64,000 nucleotides of DNA. It comes from a virus. Positions 55,859 to 64,000 of this stretch are shown here, in pieces. A program made the translations under genes and the position numbers. Location of the stretch: positions 1-64,000 of IMG/VR virus record IMGVR_UViG_3300050011_000164; one strand, written 5' to 3'. The notes under the pieces were generated by a model. That model did no database searches and was not told the origin of the DNA. It saw nothing but the letters and a program-made list of their open reading frames with translations. Positions within the stretch are counted from its first letter, which is position 1; every line of letters begins with the position of its first letter.

Positions 55859-57789
55859 TACTCTATGTCTCCCATCTCAAAATGATTCCCCATCCGGGTA
55901 TCATCAGCCCTGTCCTTGTTCATCTCAATGTCGGCCATCTTCGTGTCGCCCGGACGCCCTGAATTCGGCATCAGATCAAACTCCGCAAGAATTGTACGCC
56001 CATCCTCTGGCGCACCTTCCCCAACCTTGTGATTGGATGATGTTTTGTCCATACCGGGGAAGCTCAATAGAGTCCCACCCGTGAGACCACAATGCATCCC
56101 CTTGCGATACGTGCAAGAACCGCATTTGTGTGCTCCAATAATTGGATTGTGATCGGCGAGCTTGTTCTTGAGGAACGTGCAGTCGATCTGACTCAACGCA
56201 ACCTTGATCGGCTTGCGCTTCAGACTGGCGATGAATTCCTTCACGGCCTTGCTTGCCTGAGCGGTGCCAAACTTGGACGCTGCCTGCTTGTAAATCTTTT
56301 GTAACGAGTGCCCCTTCTTATGATACCGTTCGATGACGCTGGCATCGAGTTCAGGCTTGCTCGCACGATGTTCGTGACGCACCTGATCTGGGTTGCTCTC
56401 GTGGAATCCAGCGTGCGGAACACGGGAAACATAATCAGCGGACGCTGCTGACTTGTGCTTCGCCATTACCGCCGAATGTGTCACACAGGATGCACACTTT
56501 GCACCCGCCACGAAATTCTGGTTGTGCATCCCGGACTTTGCGAGAAATTCCGCATCGACCTTTGCGAGAACAACCTGTCCGTTGACATTTGGTTTCAGGC
56601 TACCGATGAACTCACGCAATGCCTTGCCTGCCGCATGTGCACCGAACCGCTTATCAGCCGCACGGAAGATAGCCTTCAGTGAGTGGCCCTTTACGTGCAA
56701 CGACGCGATGTGCGAAGAGTCGAAGTCCGTTGCAATCACGCGGCCTACACGCTTCGCCTGCGCTTCCACGCTGCCGAGGCTCGGGTGACGAGAAACGGAT
56801 GAGCTTGTCTTCGGGGCGATAGGCATGGAGCTTACTCTCGTGCCTGAATTGTCGTTGGCGATGTTCACCAACGCCGCCCGTTTCTGGTTGTTAGGCGTGC
56901 CCGGTGTGAGCTTATTCACAATGGGCGTAAGCTCAGCCGTGTTCGCTACAACGGGTAAGTGATAGAGATCACAGGTCTTAGAGCTACCGTTCTTCGAGAA
57001 ATACTGACATCCTTCACATGCACTGATCTGCTTTACGGATGCAGCCCGTGGTGTGACGCCTGCTTTCTTCCACTGCTCGTGCTGGCGGACGCATTCGTTA
57101 CTCGTACTGCCGTGCTTCTCTCGTTCATAAGTCGGGGAGTTCTTGTCCATGTAGGTATTCGGCTCAAGGAACGCCATGCCAACCAACCCAGCGTTTTCTT
57201 GCAGGTATTGAGTCGCCATCTGGTGATTGAACAATTCGATCTCAGCCAGCTTCTTGAGCTTCGCAGCGATCTTCGACGGTGCCATACCCTGATTGAGCAA
57301 GCTGTGGACGTACTTCTGAACCTGTGCATCTGACACGTTCTTCTTCTCGACCTTGCCAGACGAAGCCGCTGATTCCAGCGTTTCCGTAACTTCGGCGAAC
57401 AATGAGTCGTCATCGCCCAGCTTCGTGCTGTAGTCTTCTGGGTGCTGGGTTGCCTGCACACGCCAGTTCTGGTTGGAGCCCGCCACACCGCTGATGTGCT
57501 GATCCTTAGCCGCCATGCGATCCATGTGGGTGCCACGTGCACGTTCAAGACGGTCTTGTTGAGCGTTCTTTTCAGCGGAGCCCGTGCGACCCGGCCATAG
57601 CGGAGTATGTCTGCTGGCACTCTCAGCTATTTCATCCATGAACTCTTCATCGACGAACTGGTGGGAGCGATCTAACTGTTCTTCACCTGAGCCTTGTGCA
57701 TCTTTCAAGCCGAGGTCCTTCCAATCGGGCTCGCGGTCGTCCAAGAATGCGTCAACGATGCTGGTGTACGGTTTCTTTTCTTCTGCCAT
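55858..57789 (-). CDS. Cys-cluster protein with internal repeats, probable virion/assembly protein
   Basis: Start MAEEKK; repeated units H.KGHSL..I...A...FG...A.KA..EFI.SLK...GA.KC.SC; KxA-type linkers. Confidence 0.65.
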   Translation of the reverse strand: MAEEKKPYTSIVDAFLDDREPDWKDLGLKDAQGSGEEQLDRSHQFVDEEFMDEIAESASRHTPLWPGRTGSAEKNAQQDRLERARGTHMDRMAAKDQHISGVAGSNQNWRVQATQHPEDYSTKLGDDDSLFAEVTETLESAASSGKVEKKNVSDAQVQKYVHSLLNQGMAPSKIAAKLKKLAEIELFNHQMATQYLQENAGLVGMAFLEPNTYMDKNSPTYEREKHGSTSNECVRQHEQWKKAGVTPRAASVKQISACEGCQYFSKNGSSKTCDLYHLPVVANTAELTPIVNKLTPGTPNNQKRAALVNIANDNSGTRVSSMPIAPKTSSSVSRHPSLGSVEAQAKRVGRVIATDFDSSHIASLHVKGHSLKAIFRAADKRFGAHAAGKALREFIGSLKPNVNGQVVLAKVDAEFLAKSGMHNQNFVAGAKCASCVTHSAVMAKHKSAASADYVSRVPHAGFHESNPDQVRHEHRASKPELDASVIERYHKKGHSLQKIYKQAASKFGTAQASKAVKEFIASLKRKPIKVALSQIDCTFLKNKLADHNPIIGAHKCGSCTYRKGMHCGLTGGTLLSFPGMDKTSSNHKVGEGAPEDGRTILAEFDLMPNSGRPGDTKMADIEMNKDRADDTRMGNHFEMGDIE

Positions 57790-57793
57790 AGGT

Positions 57794-58414
57794 TTATGCC
57801 GCAGCCGAAGCTGCTTTCCCCTTCTTTGCATTTGAAATCGCCATCTTCCATTCCGTAGATAATGCTCCACGTTTTCCAACACGAAGACGATTCCGATTTG
57901 CTATCCGCTGTGCTTGTGCTGCCCTACGTTCGGGAGTCCATGCAGCCCGCATCGCTGCTTTCATTGCGGCTTCCACTTCTTCGGCGGGTTTAACCGCAAC
58001 TATTTTTTCGGTCGATGATGCCCAAGAGCTAGGTTTTTCAACTGTTGCGCTGTGACAGGTCTTCCTTTACGCTGCTCACTCCAAAGCTGTCTTGTTCTTT
58101 CCGAAATAATCCGGCCCACAGTTCCCTCACCGCCCAGCGTCATGTTGTAGCCGTTCTCAACTTTATGACTTTGATGGAGAACGATGAAAAAGGTCTCCAT
58201 CTTGGAGAGTTCATCAGCGGTCTTGGCACGATAAATCACTTCGGACCTTGAAGGCATCCGAGCCGTACTTGCGAATAGTGCGGCATAGGTAACGATCCCC
58301 ACCCCGTCTCGCTTCGCGAACGTGCTGTTGAAAACGAGCGTCTGCCTCATCTCCGACATATTTGCCGATGTAGACCCCACCGTTGATTCGATTTGTGAGC
58401 TTGTAAATCAGCAT
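57794..58414 (-). pseudogene. GIY-YIG homing endonuclease with NUMOD3-like repeats, two frameshifts
   Basis: MLIYKLTN.ING.VYIG..RFQQH..IRKYG..F, then frame change to EVIY..E.FFI..GYNMT.GGEG, then return to the first frame (AAWTPERR, AISNAKKGK). Extra C near 58243 and a missing A in the A6 run near 58005. Confidence 0.75.
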
Positions 58415-58415
58415 G

Positions 58416-58731
58416 TTAGAACTCGATATCGTCAAAAGCACCCATAAAACCCATAGGGTCGTTTTTAGGGGCGGCGGCGATTGACTCTCCATTGTCTACC
58501 TCATCGCCAACTAGCTTTATGATACTGTTTCCTTTTACTTTCCAAAAATCCCGAGTGCTCGGTGATTCATATATATTGCCAGCTACTCGTTCCAGTCCCA
58601 TGCTGGCGATCTTTTGCTTGAGGGCGGGAGGTATGGGGGTGCTGGAAATGAAGTGGTTGACCGTGAAAACGCTGGAATCAGCGGACTTTTGAGCCCCCAA
58701 CCCAAAACTTGACACCGCACGAAGCTTGCCC
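58416..58731 (-). CDS. small hypothetical protein
   Basis: MGKLRAV...DFWKV; motif ACTACC-AAACG-CTT and SD GAGG upstream. Confidence 0.65.
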
Positions 58732-58747
58732 ATAGTGATAGACCTCT

Positions 58748-58836
58748 CTGAGAGAAGCGTTTGGTAGTTGAAAAATGGGGAAGAAAACGGCTTTTCTGAT
58801 ATTCACTGACTTTCAGGTGTCTTAGATAGGAGCGCC
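58748..58836. promoter_or_regulatory. divergent pair of promoter-like motifs (minus 58748-58768; plus 58809-58829 with SD-covering hairpin)
   Basis: ACTACC-AAACG-CTT-CTC-TCAG (minus) and ACTTTC-AGGTGT-CTT-AGA-TAG (plus); GGTGTCTT/AGGAGCGCC pairing. Confidence 0.55.
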
Positions 58837-58839
58837 AAA

Positions 58840-59718
58840 ATGCAAACCGTAAATAATCTCATCCTCAACACGAATGTCGCCGCAGCAGACGGGGCGTGGC
58901 GTAACGTTTCGAACTTCGTGGCATCCTCAATTCAAATCATCGCACGGGACTCCTCGGGCATTTCGACCGCGTTGACAGGCACTATCACCATCGAAGTCAG
59001 CAACGATCCCAACGTCAACATCGACAACCTTGCCACTCAAATTGCCGCTCCTTCGGCTCCAGTTCTAACCGCATTTACCCCCACGAGTGCTGGACACGCG
59101 CAATCCCCTAACGCTGGCGGCGGCGATCAGCCATTCACCTACCCCGCAGCCACTTATGGAGTGAAGCTGACCTACGTCACCCTTCAGGGTGAGACGGTCG
59201 GCAGCGCAGCTACTTCGCTTGCGGTCGCCGCAGGTAAAACCATTTCGGTCGCAGGTCCGGGTCCCGATGGGGCGGGGTCACCACCTACTCCTTCTTATGC
59301 CATAGGCTACAACGTGTACGTCAGCGTCAACGGCGGACCATATATCCTTCAGAATCCACCATTTAACTCTGGTCAGACATTCGGCAACCTCGCCGTAGCC
59401 AATGGCCCTATCAGTGTTAATCAGGCGTTCATACTGTACGCATGGCAGAACAATTTGATTCAACCCCCAGTCGCCAACACCACGGGCACCCCGAACATCG
59501 GGGCAAACATCAGCGGGAACCTCAACGCGGCTGCGGTCGCGGGGGTAGACAACGAAGCGGCGGTCAGCTACGACACCGCCACTGGGTTATGGTCGGCGGC
59601 TGCCACGATGGTAATGTGGTCACCGTCTTGTCTATATTTTAATTGGGTGCGTGCTCGCGTGAGTGGTCAGACAGCGGGGCACGTCCTACAAGCTTACCTT
59701 TTTGGTCAAAATGGATAG
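58840..59718 (+). CDS. probable virion structural protein (beta-rich)
   Basis: Ala/Gly/Thr/Asn-rich; TYGVKLTYVT..GET, GYNVYVS motifs seen in phage structural proteins. Confidence 0.55.
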   Translation: MQTVNNLILNTNVAAADGAWRNVSNFVASSIQIIARDSSGISTALTGTITIEVSNDPNVNIDNLATQIAAPSAPVLTAFTPTSAGHAQSPNAGGGDQPFTYPAATYGVKLTYVTLQGETVGSAATSLAVAAGKTISVAGPGPDGAGSPPTPSYAIGYNVYVSVNGGPYILQNPPFNSGQTFGNLAVANGPISVNQAFILYAWQNNLIQPPVANTTGTPNIGANISGNLNAAAVAGVDNEAAVSYDTATGLWSAAATMVMWSPSCLYFNWVRARVSGQTAGHVLQAYLFGQNG

Positions 59719-59784
59719 CCTATCTCCTAAATAACTGAAAATAAAGAAGTTGTTCCTATACAAAACGTCATTCTCATTGGTATA

Positions 59785-60285
59785 ATGGGAATGCATCCAA
59801 TTACCTACGAGGGGCGTCTAAATCCCATGGACAAAGAACCCGATGAGAAACAGCTTCTAGCCAACATCGCCAAGGCTGCTCAAGAGCGACAGTTGAAGAG
59901 GGTTGCTGGTGCGCCTGAGGTGGGCATTTTTTGGGTTGTGAATGACAAACCTGTGATTGATGGTATGCCGCTGAACGAGGCGGAAGATTACGGAGGGTTC
60001 AAAACCCATGGTCGAAGCCACGATCAAATGTGGCCCGTATTCCAGCGAAATGATATCGTTCCGCGTGATGTGGAATATGACGAGGTTCCGCGTGGGCGGG
60101 TGGTTTACAGTACCAAGACTCGCAGCTTTACTTTCTTTGCCGACCGCTGCATTCTGAAAAATAAATCCCTGACCAACAGAATCAAAGAAAGTATGCACCT
60201 GCCGAACACGGTGAAGAACCTCACGGACTCCCATTACCGCTGCTCTGGGTGCATTGATGCCGCCCTATTCGGCGACGAAGAATAA
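59785..60285 (+). CDS. hypothetical protein
   Basis: PEVGIFW, H...W, YDEVPRGRVVY, DSHY; TGGTATAAT immediately upstream, so the true start is probably later than 59785. Confidence 0.65.
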   Translation: MGMHPITYEGRLNPMDKEPDEKQLLANIAKAAQERQLKRVAGAPEVGIFWVVNDKPVIDGMPLNEAEDYGGFKTHGRSHDQMWPVFQRNDIVPRDVEYDEVPRGRVVYSTKTRSFTFFADRCILKNKSLTNRIKESMHLPNTVKNLTDSHYRCSGCIDAALFGDEE

Positions 60286-60310
60286 CCCAGACTACCAAAG
60301 TCTTTTATAG

Positions 60311-60434
60311 TTCCCGCCGCCTATGTAACCCGGCTCTTGCTGGGTTTGCGGGCATGGCCGCTCGCTGGGACTGTCATGACAGTTTTGGCACCTTGCACGG
60401 GCTGCGGCTGGCGGGCATTAAGTCGCAGCCTTTT
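60311..60434 (+). ncRNA. candidate ~120-nt small RNA
   Basis: Promoter-like motif at 60291-60310, hairpins AACCCGGC/GCTGGGTT and ACTGTC/GACAGT, terminator GGCTGCGGCT/AGTCGCAGCC-TTTT; no credible ORF. Confidence 0.4.
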
Positions 60435-61170
60435 ATCCTCTGATTGAGTCGTTATAGTCGTTCACCGCTTTCAGTATGTTCGCTTCGGGGTTCTCGCTGA
60501 TGACGGCTCGCAAATCCTTCGGTAAACACTTGCCCCCGAAGCCGCGCTCCTCAGTTACCATGGTATGGCTACGCCCGATACGCTTGTCCAACAACCATAG
60601 TTCTCGCAATTCATTGTAATCCACACCGTAGCGGAGAGCTATGTCATGAAACTGATTGCAGAATGCTACTTTGGTGGAAAGGTAGCAGTTGAGCATGTAC
60701 TTGGACAACTCGGCTGTTGTGGGGTCGGTGGTCATATACTTGGTGTTTGCCCCCAGTACCGTTTGAAACACGCTGATGACCAATTGGCAGACAGTGAATT
60801 CCCCACCCACAATTACAAAATCATTCTCAAACTTATCCCACGTAGTTTCCCGCAGGTGTTCAGGGCAGAATGCTAAGCGCGGTTGCTTCGAGGACAGCTT
60901 GTGGGTTGTGCCCGGCGGTACCGTGGAGCGAATGCAAGTAGGTGCGGTGATCCAACTCACGCACTCCTCTACCGCCGAGGTATCGCAGGAATAGCCATCG
61001 GTACCAGTCGGGGTGCTCACTGATATGAACGCCAAATCGCAGCCATTGATGGAGGCTTTGGTGTTGCATTCCTGAAATTTATCGTAGACCAAGATTTCAA
61101 ACTTCGGGCTGAACAGCTTCTTCATCGACTGCCCCACAACTCCGAGACCAACTATGCCTATCTTCATCAT
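60433..61170 (-). CDS. UDP-glucose/GDP-mannose dehydrogenase family protein (lacking C-terminal UDP-binding domain)
   Basis: GIVGLGVVG, VSTPT, RSTVPPG, CPEHLRE, AELSKY..N.YL..KV.F.N, GFGGKCLPKD. Confidence 0.85.
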   Translation of the reverse strand: MMKIGIVGLGVVGQSMKKLFSPKFEILVYDKFQECNTKASINGCDLAFISVSTPTGTDGYSCDTSAVEECVSWITAPTCIRSTVPPGTTHKLSSKQPRLAFCPEHLRETTWDKFENDFVIVGGEFTVCQLVISVFQTVLGANTKYMTTDPTTAELSKYMLNCYLSTKVAFCNQFHDIALRYGVDYNELRELWLLDKRIGRSHTMVTEERGFGGKCLPKDLRAVISENPEANILKAVNDYNDSIRG

Positions 61171-61184
61171 GCCATCCCCTTTGT

Positions 61185-63470
61185 TTATCCTATCTTTCTT
61201 CGATTGTCCGCGTTCCTATTGCGATACAAGGCCCCCTGACTTGGTTTCACATGCCCCGTAAGAGCCTTCGAAGCCGCCGTCTGTATCTGTGGGTTCGGTT
61301 GAGGGGGAGGAGTGGGGGCTTGTTGCGACGAAGATGCGCGTATATCGGAGCCGATGTGGGCTGGACCTGAGGTTTCAGATTGTCGAAACTGCCAGCCATG
61401 TGCGATGCATACACTACAAGCCGAGACGTTGTGACGATTACACCGCGCCACTTTTGGATCAGGCAGAGGTTGTGGTTGCGGAGGTTGTAGTGGAAGCGGT
61501 GGAGAAGGTTCGGTTGGCAAATTAAGGACTGGCGCTATCAACTTATGCCAGATAAGAACAGCTTGAGTGGATGGTAGTGCTGTTATGACAGTAAAGTCAG
61601 TCCCGGACGGCACACGGAATGGGTGCCAATAAAAATCAGGCAGTATCGTGCGGAGGATGCCCGCATCCGCCATGACCTGACCAACCCAACGGTCGTCCGC
61701 GAAATCGTTGTTCAACGGAGTATCCACAAGTATCTGTATTGCTTTCTTCGAGAACCAAACCGCACCGCCTGTGATGTAGTGATGCGGCCATGTTCCTTTC
61801 TTGTAGTGGGGGAACCCCAAATCAGGTCTACCCCAGTCATTCGCATCACAGTGATTTCCCGCGTAATCAGCGTCCACGTGATGGATATGACTCACTTGAA
61901 TGTAGGTGTCATCGTCAACCTTGAGCATCTCATCATACTGATGCTCTTGAGCCCACTTAAAGATAGCTTTGGCTTTGAGTGGAAGATGAATATAGTCGTC
62001 AGGAACCCCCAGACGTTCCCCATCAAAGAACTCAACATCGTACCCAGCCGCCTGAGCGAGGGGAACCCATGTATCGCGGAGAGCCTGTTGACGGGCGGCG
62101 TACTTCTTACACGTGACGATGGCTATGAGAACCCTCGGTAAGCTCGTAAAAAATTCTGGCGGAATTTCATTTAAGCTCGTTTCGGGAATATCCTTGGTTC
62201 CCATAGCGGAAGATGAAGTGCAGGTATTCTTGTTGTGCGCTCGAATAACCATGAGCTTTTCAGCGTTTACTCCTACGAGTTGTCCCACTCTAGACGCCCC
62301 ATAGCCCAAGTTGGTGTCTTCCCCAACCATAATGTCGTCAAACTTATGGCTCTCCCACCATGTTTTGCGGTAGCAAAACGTTGCCCCATGAGGAGAGACA
62401 CAGTAAACTGGATGATAGCGATAAATCTTGTGAGTAGACATGTTCCAGTACAGCATATTGTGGTATGTCATCACTTGCTTCCCGCTGCGCTCTAGTTTAG
62501 AGACTTGATCCGTGATTCGACTCGGTGCTGACCAATCGTCGTCATCAAAATGAATGATAAACTCTCCCTGAGCCTGTTCACAGCAAATATTACGTTTCGC
62601 CCCCGTTGTTCGTCTGGGTCCTTCTAGACGAATGTATCTAATCCGGGGATTGTATGGAATGAGGTCCGCTACGTTGTCTGTGCCGTCGTCAAGAATTATC
62701 AGTTCTGAATCCGTGAACGTTTGCGATAGGAAGCACGCGATCATTGACGGCAGGTAGCGCCTGCGGTTATATGTTGGGCAAATGACAGTTACCTTCACCT
62801 TCAGCGGTAGTGGCAGGCTCAAAGGAAACTCGGCGGGAAGTTCCCGCAGGTCCACCTGTGGAATACCCACAGTTCCCATAGACAGGGCGGTAACGCAATG
62901 GTTACTGCTGTGCGCTCTGACGACCATGAATTTCTCAGCGTCTACGCCCACGTACTGTTCCGCCCTTTCCGCTGCATAACCAAACTCGGTATCTTCAAGG
63001 CAATTATCGTCAAATTTGTGCTGCGCCCACCACGCTTTCCGATAACAAAACGATGCACCGTGAGGAGTTCCCCTAAAGGTGGGGTGGAAGAGGTAAAGTC
63101 GGCGGGTATCGACATTCCAATACAAAATGTTGTAGTAAGTCAACACCTGCTTCTGGGTGCGTTCTAACTCTGAAATCTGATGTGCGATTCGACCCGGTGC
63201 TGACCAGTCGTCATCGTCAAAATGAACTATAAACTCCCCTTGAGCATGTTCACAACAAATGTTACGTTTTACGCCTGTGGACAATCCCGGTCCTTCGAGT
63301 CTGATGTATTTAATCCGAGGATTGTCAGGGATGAGGTCTACTATGCTATCGGTACCATCGTCAAGGATTATCAGTTCTGAATCCGTAAACGTCTGAGACA
63401 GAAAGCTCGCAATCGTTTGGGGGATGTACTGCCTGCGGTTGTGTGTTGGGCAAATGACGGTCACTTTCAC
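61185..63470 (-). CDS. GT2-GT2-GT31(Fringe/galactosyltransferase-like) triple glycosyltransferase fusion
   Basis: Two copies of VKVTVICPT.NRR...SQTFTDSELIILDDGTD...HFDDDDWS; third domain KVDDDTY..GGAVWFS..DDRWVG; GTGA overlap start. Confidence 0.85.
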   Translation of the reverse strand: MKVTVICPTHNRRQYIPQTIASFLSQTFTDSELIILDDGTDSIVDLIPDNPRIKYIRLEGPGLSTGVKRNICCEHAQGEFIVHFDDDDWSAPGRIAHQISELERTQKQVLTYYNILYWNVDTRRLYLFHPTFRGTPHGASFCYRKAWWAQHKFDDNCLEDTEFGYAAERAEQYVGVDAEKFMVVRAHSSNHCVTALSMGTVGIPQVDLRELPAEFPLSLPLPLKVKVTVICPTYNRRRYLPSMIACFLSQTFTDSELIILDDGTDNVADLIPYNPRIRYIRLEGPRRTTGAKRNICCEQAQGEFIIHFDDDDWSAPSRITDQVSKLERSGKQVMTYHNMLYWNMSTHKIYRYHPVYCVSPHGATFCYRKTWWESHKFDDIMVGEDTNLGYGASRVGQLVGVNAEKLMVIRAHNKNTCTSSSAMGTKDIPETSLNEIPPEFFTSLPRVLIAIVTCKKYAARQQALRDTWVPLAQAAGYDVEFFDGERLGVPDDYIHLPLKAKAIFKWAQEHQYDEMLKVDDDTYIQVSHIHHVDADYAGNHCDANDWGRPDLGFPHYKKGTWPHHYITGGAVWFSKKAIQILVDTPLNNDFADDRWVGQVMADAGILRTILPDFYWHPFRVPSGTDFTVITALPSTQAVLIWHKLIAPVLNLPTEPSPPLPLQPPQPQPLPDPKVARCNRHNVSACSVCIAHGWQFRQSETSGPAHIGSDIRASSSQQAPTPPPQPNPQIQTAASKALTGHVKPSQGALYRNRNADNRRKIG

Positions 63471-64000
63471 AAGTTTTCCTCGATGATCTTCCCCAGTGGA
63501 TTCGGTTGACAATAAGTAGCGATTGTGCGATTGAAGTTGTCATCGATTGCCGCAGCCTTCTCCTGATACGTGTCGGGAGTGATGGACTGCAATACTCGAA
63601 TAAGGTCGTCATAGGTTTCGAACCGAAGAACCCCATCCATATTGAAGTATTCTTCTAAGTTCGGACATCCCCAATAGATCGGGATCGTTTTGCTTATGAA
63701 GCAGTCGAATACCTTTTCGGTCATCCAGTTGTTATACTGGCAGTTTTCCACAGCGATGTGGTACCTGAAATCCGTGAAAAAATGCCCTCTCGCATCTTCG
63801 TCTATCCGTGGCGGTGAGCGATGTTTATGGATAGGCAATAATCCAACAGACTCGGGGAGTCGGGAAAATATCTCTTGCCTCAACATGTGTCCTGAGAGCG
63901 CGTTCATGTGGCTAGTTAAGAACGAGGCCGAAAACACTTTTGCCGAGTTCAGAGGGCAGACGTAACGCGGTTCGGGCGTAGTATACCATCCCACGTGCGA
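63467..64000 (-). CDS. GT10-family fucosyltransferase-like protein (5' end outside window)
   Basis: HIAVEN..NWMTEKVFDCF..TIPIYWGCPN. Confidence 0.75.
   Translation of the reverse strand, partial: SHVGWYTTPEPRYVCPLNSAKVFSASFLTSHMNALSGHMLRQEIFSRLPESVGLLPIHKHRSPPRIDEDARGHFFTDFRYHIAVENCQYNNWMTEKVFDCFISKTIPIYWGCPNLEEYFNMDGVLRFETYDDLIRVLQSITPDTYQEKAAAIDDNFNRTIATYCQPNPLGKIIEENL

Noticed and set aside
1-64000. Genome-wide TAG reassignment implied by the CUA tRNA
   Set aside because: Standard code gives dense coding, including a 12.4-kb ORF. The TAG stops checked (2764, 21513, 45466, 49646, 59718) are followed by out-of-frame genes or a nearby stop.

Overview
This is a 64-kb segment of a large (probably jumbo) tailed dsDNA phage genome. 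The evidence is a terminase large subunit, virion/tail-fibre-like proteins, homing endonucleases, dense small hypothetical genes and no core cellular operons. Host-like genes (TonB, ClpB-D2-only ATPase) resemble Acidobacteria proteins, but that host assignment is inference. Main features: (1) A ~4,700-codon 'polyvalent' effector locus (4132 aa + 577 aa, 6150-21067). It carries about 13 ADP-ribosyltransferase-fold modules plus SprT, 2H-phosphoesterase (Acb1-like), GIY-YIG, papain-like, HAD, NUDIX and ParB modules. Nearly every junction has a [KR]-x-A-[AS] linker, which also punctuates the 1884-, 1118-, 674- and 490-aa proteins and suggests protease-processed virion polyproteins. (2) The NUDIX module is cut in two by a free-standing HNH gene with no room for an intron. 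(3) An amber-suppressor (CUA) tRNA with encoded CCA lies upstream of terL. (4) A recurrent phage-specific promoter-like motif ACTWCC-N5-CTT-N3-TAK often overlaps SD-sequestering hairpins, and several sigma70-type promoters appear to drive leaderless genes. (5) A PPase-RelA/SpoT fusion, an RNAP alpha-CTD mimic, a sigma-like protein and glycosyltransferase clusters. All domain calls come from reading motifs by eye; no database search was run.
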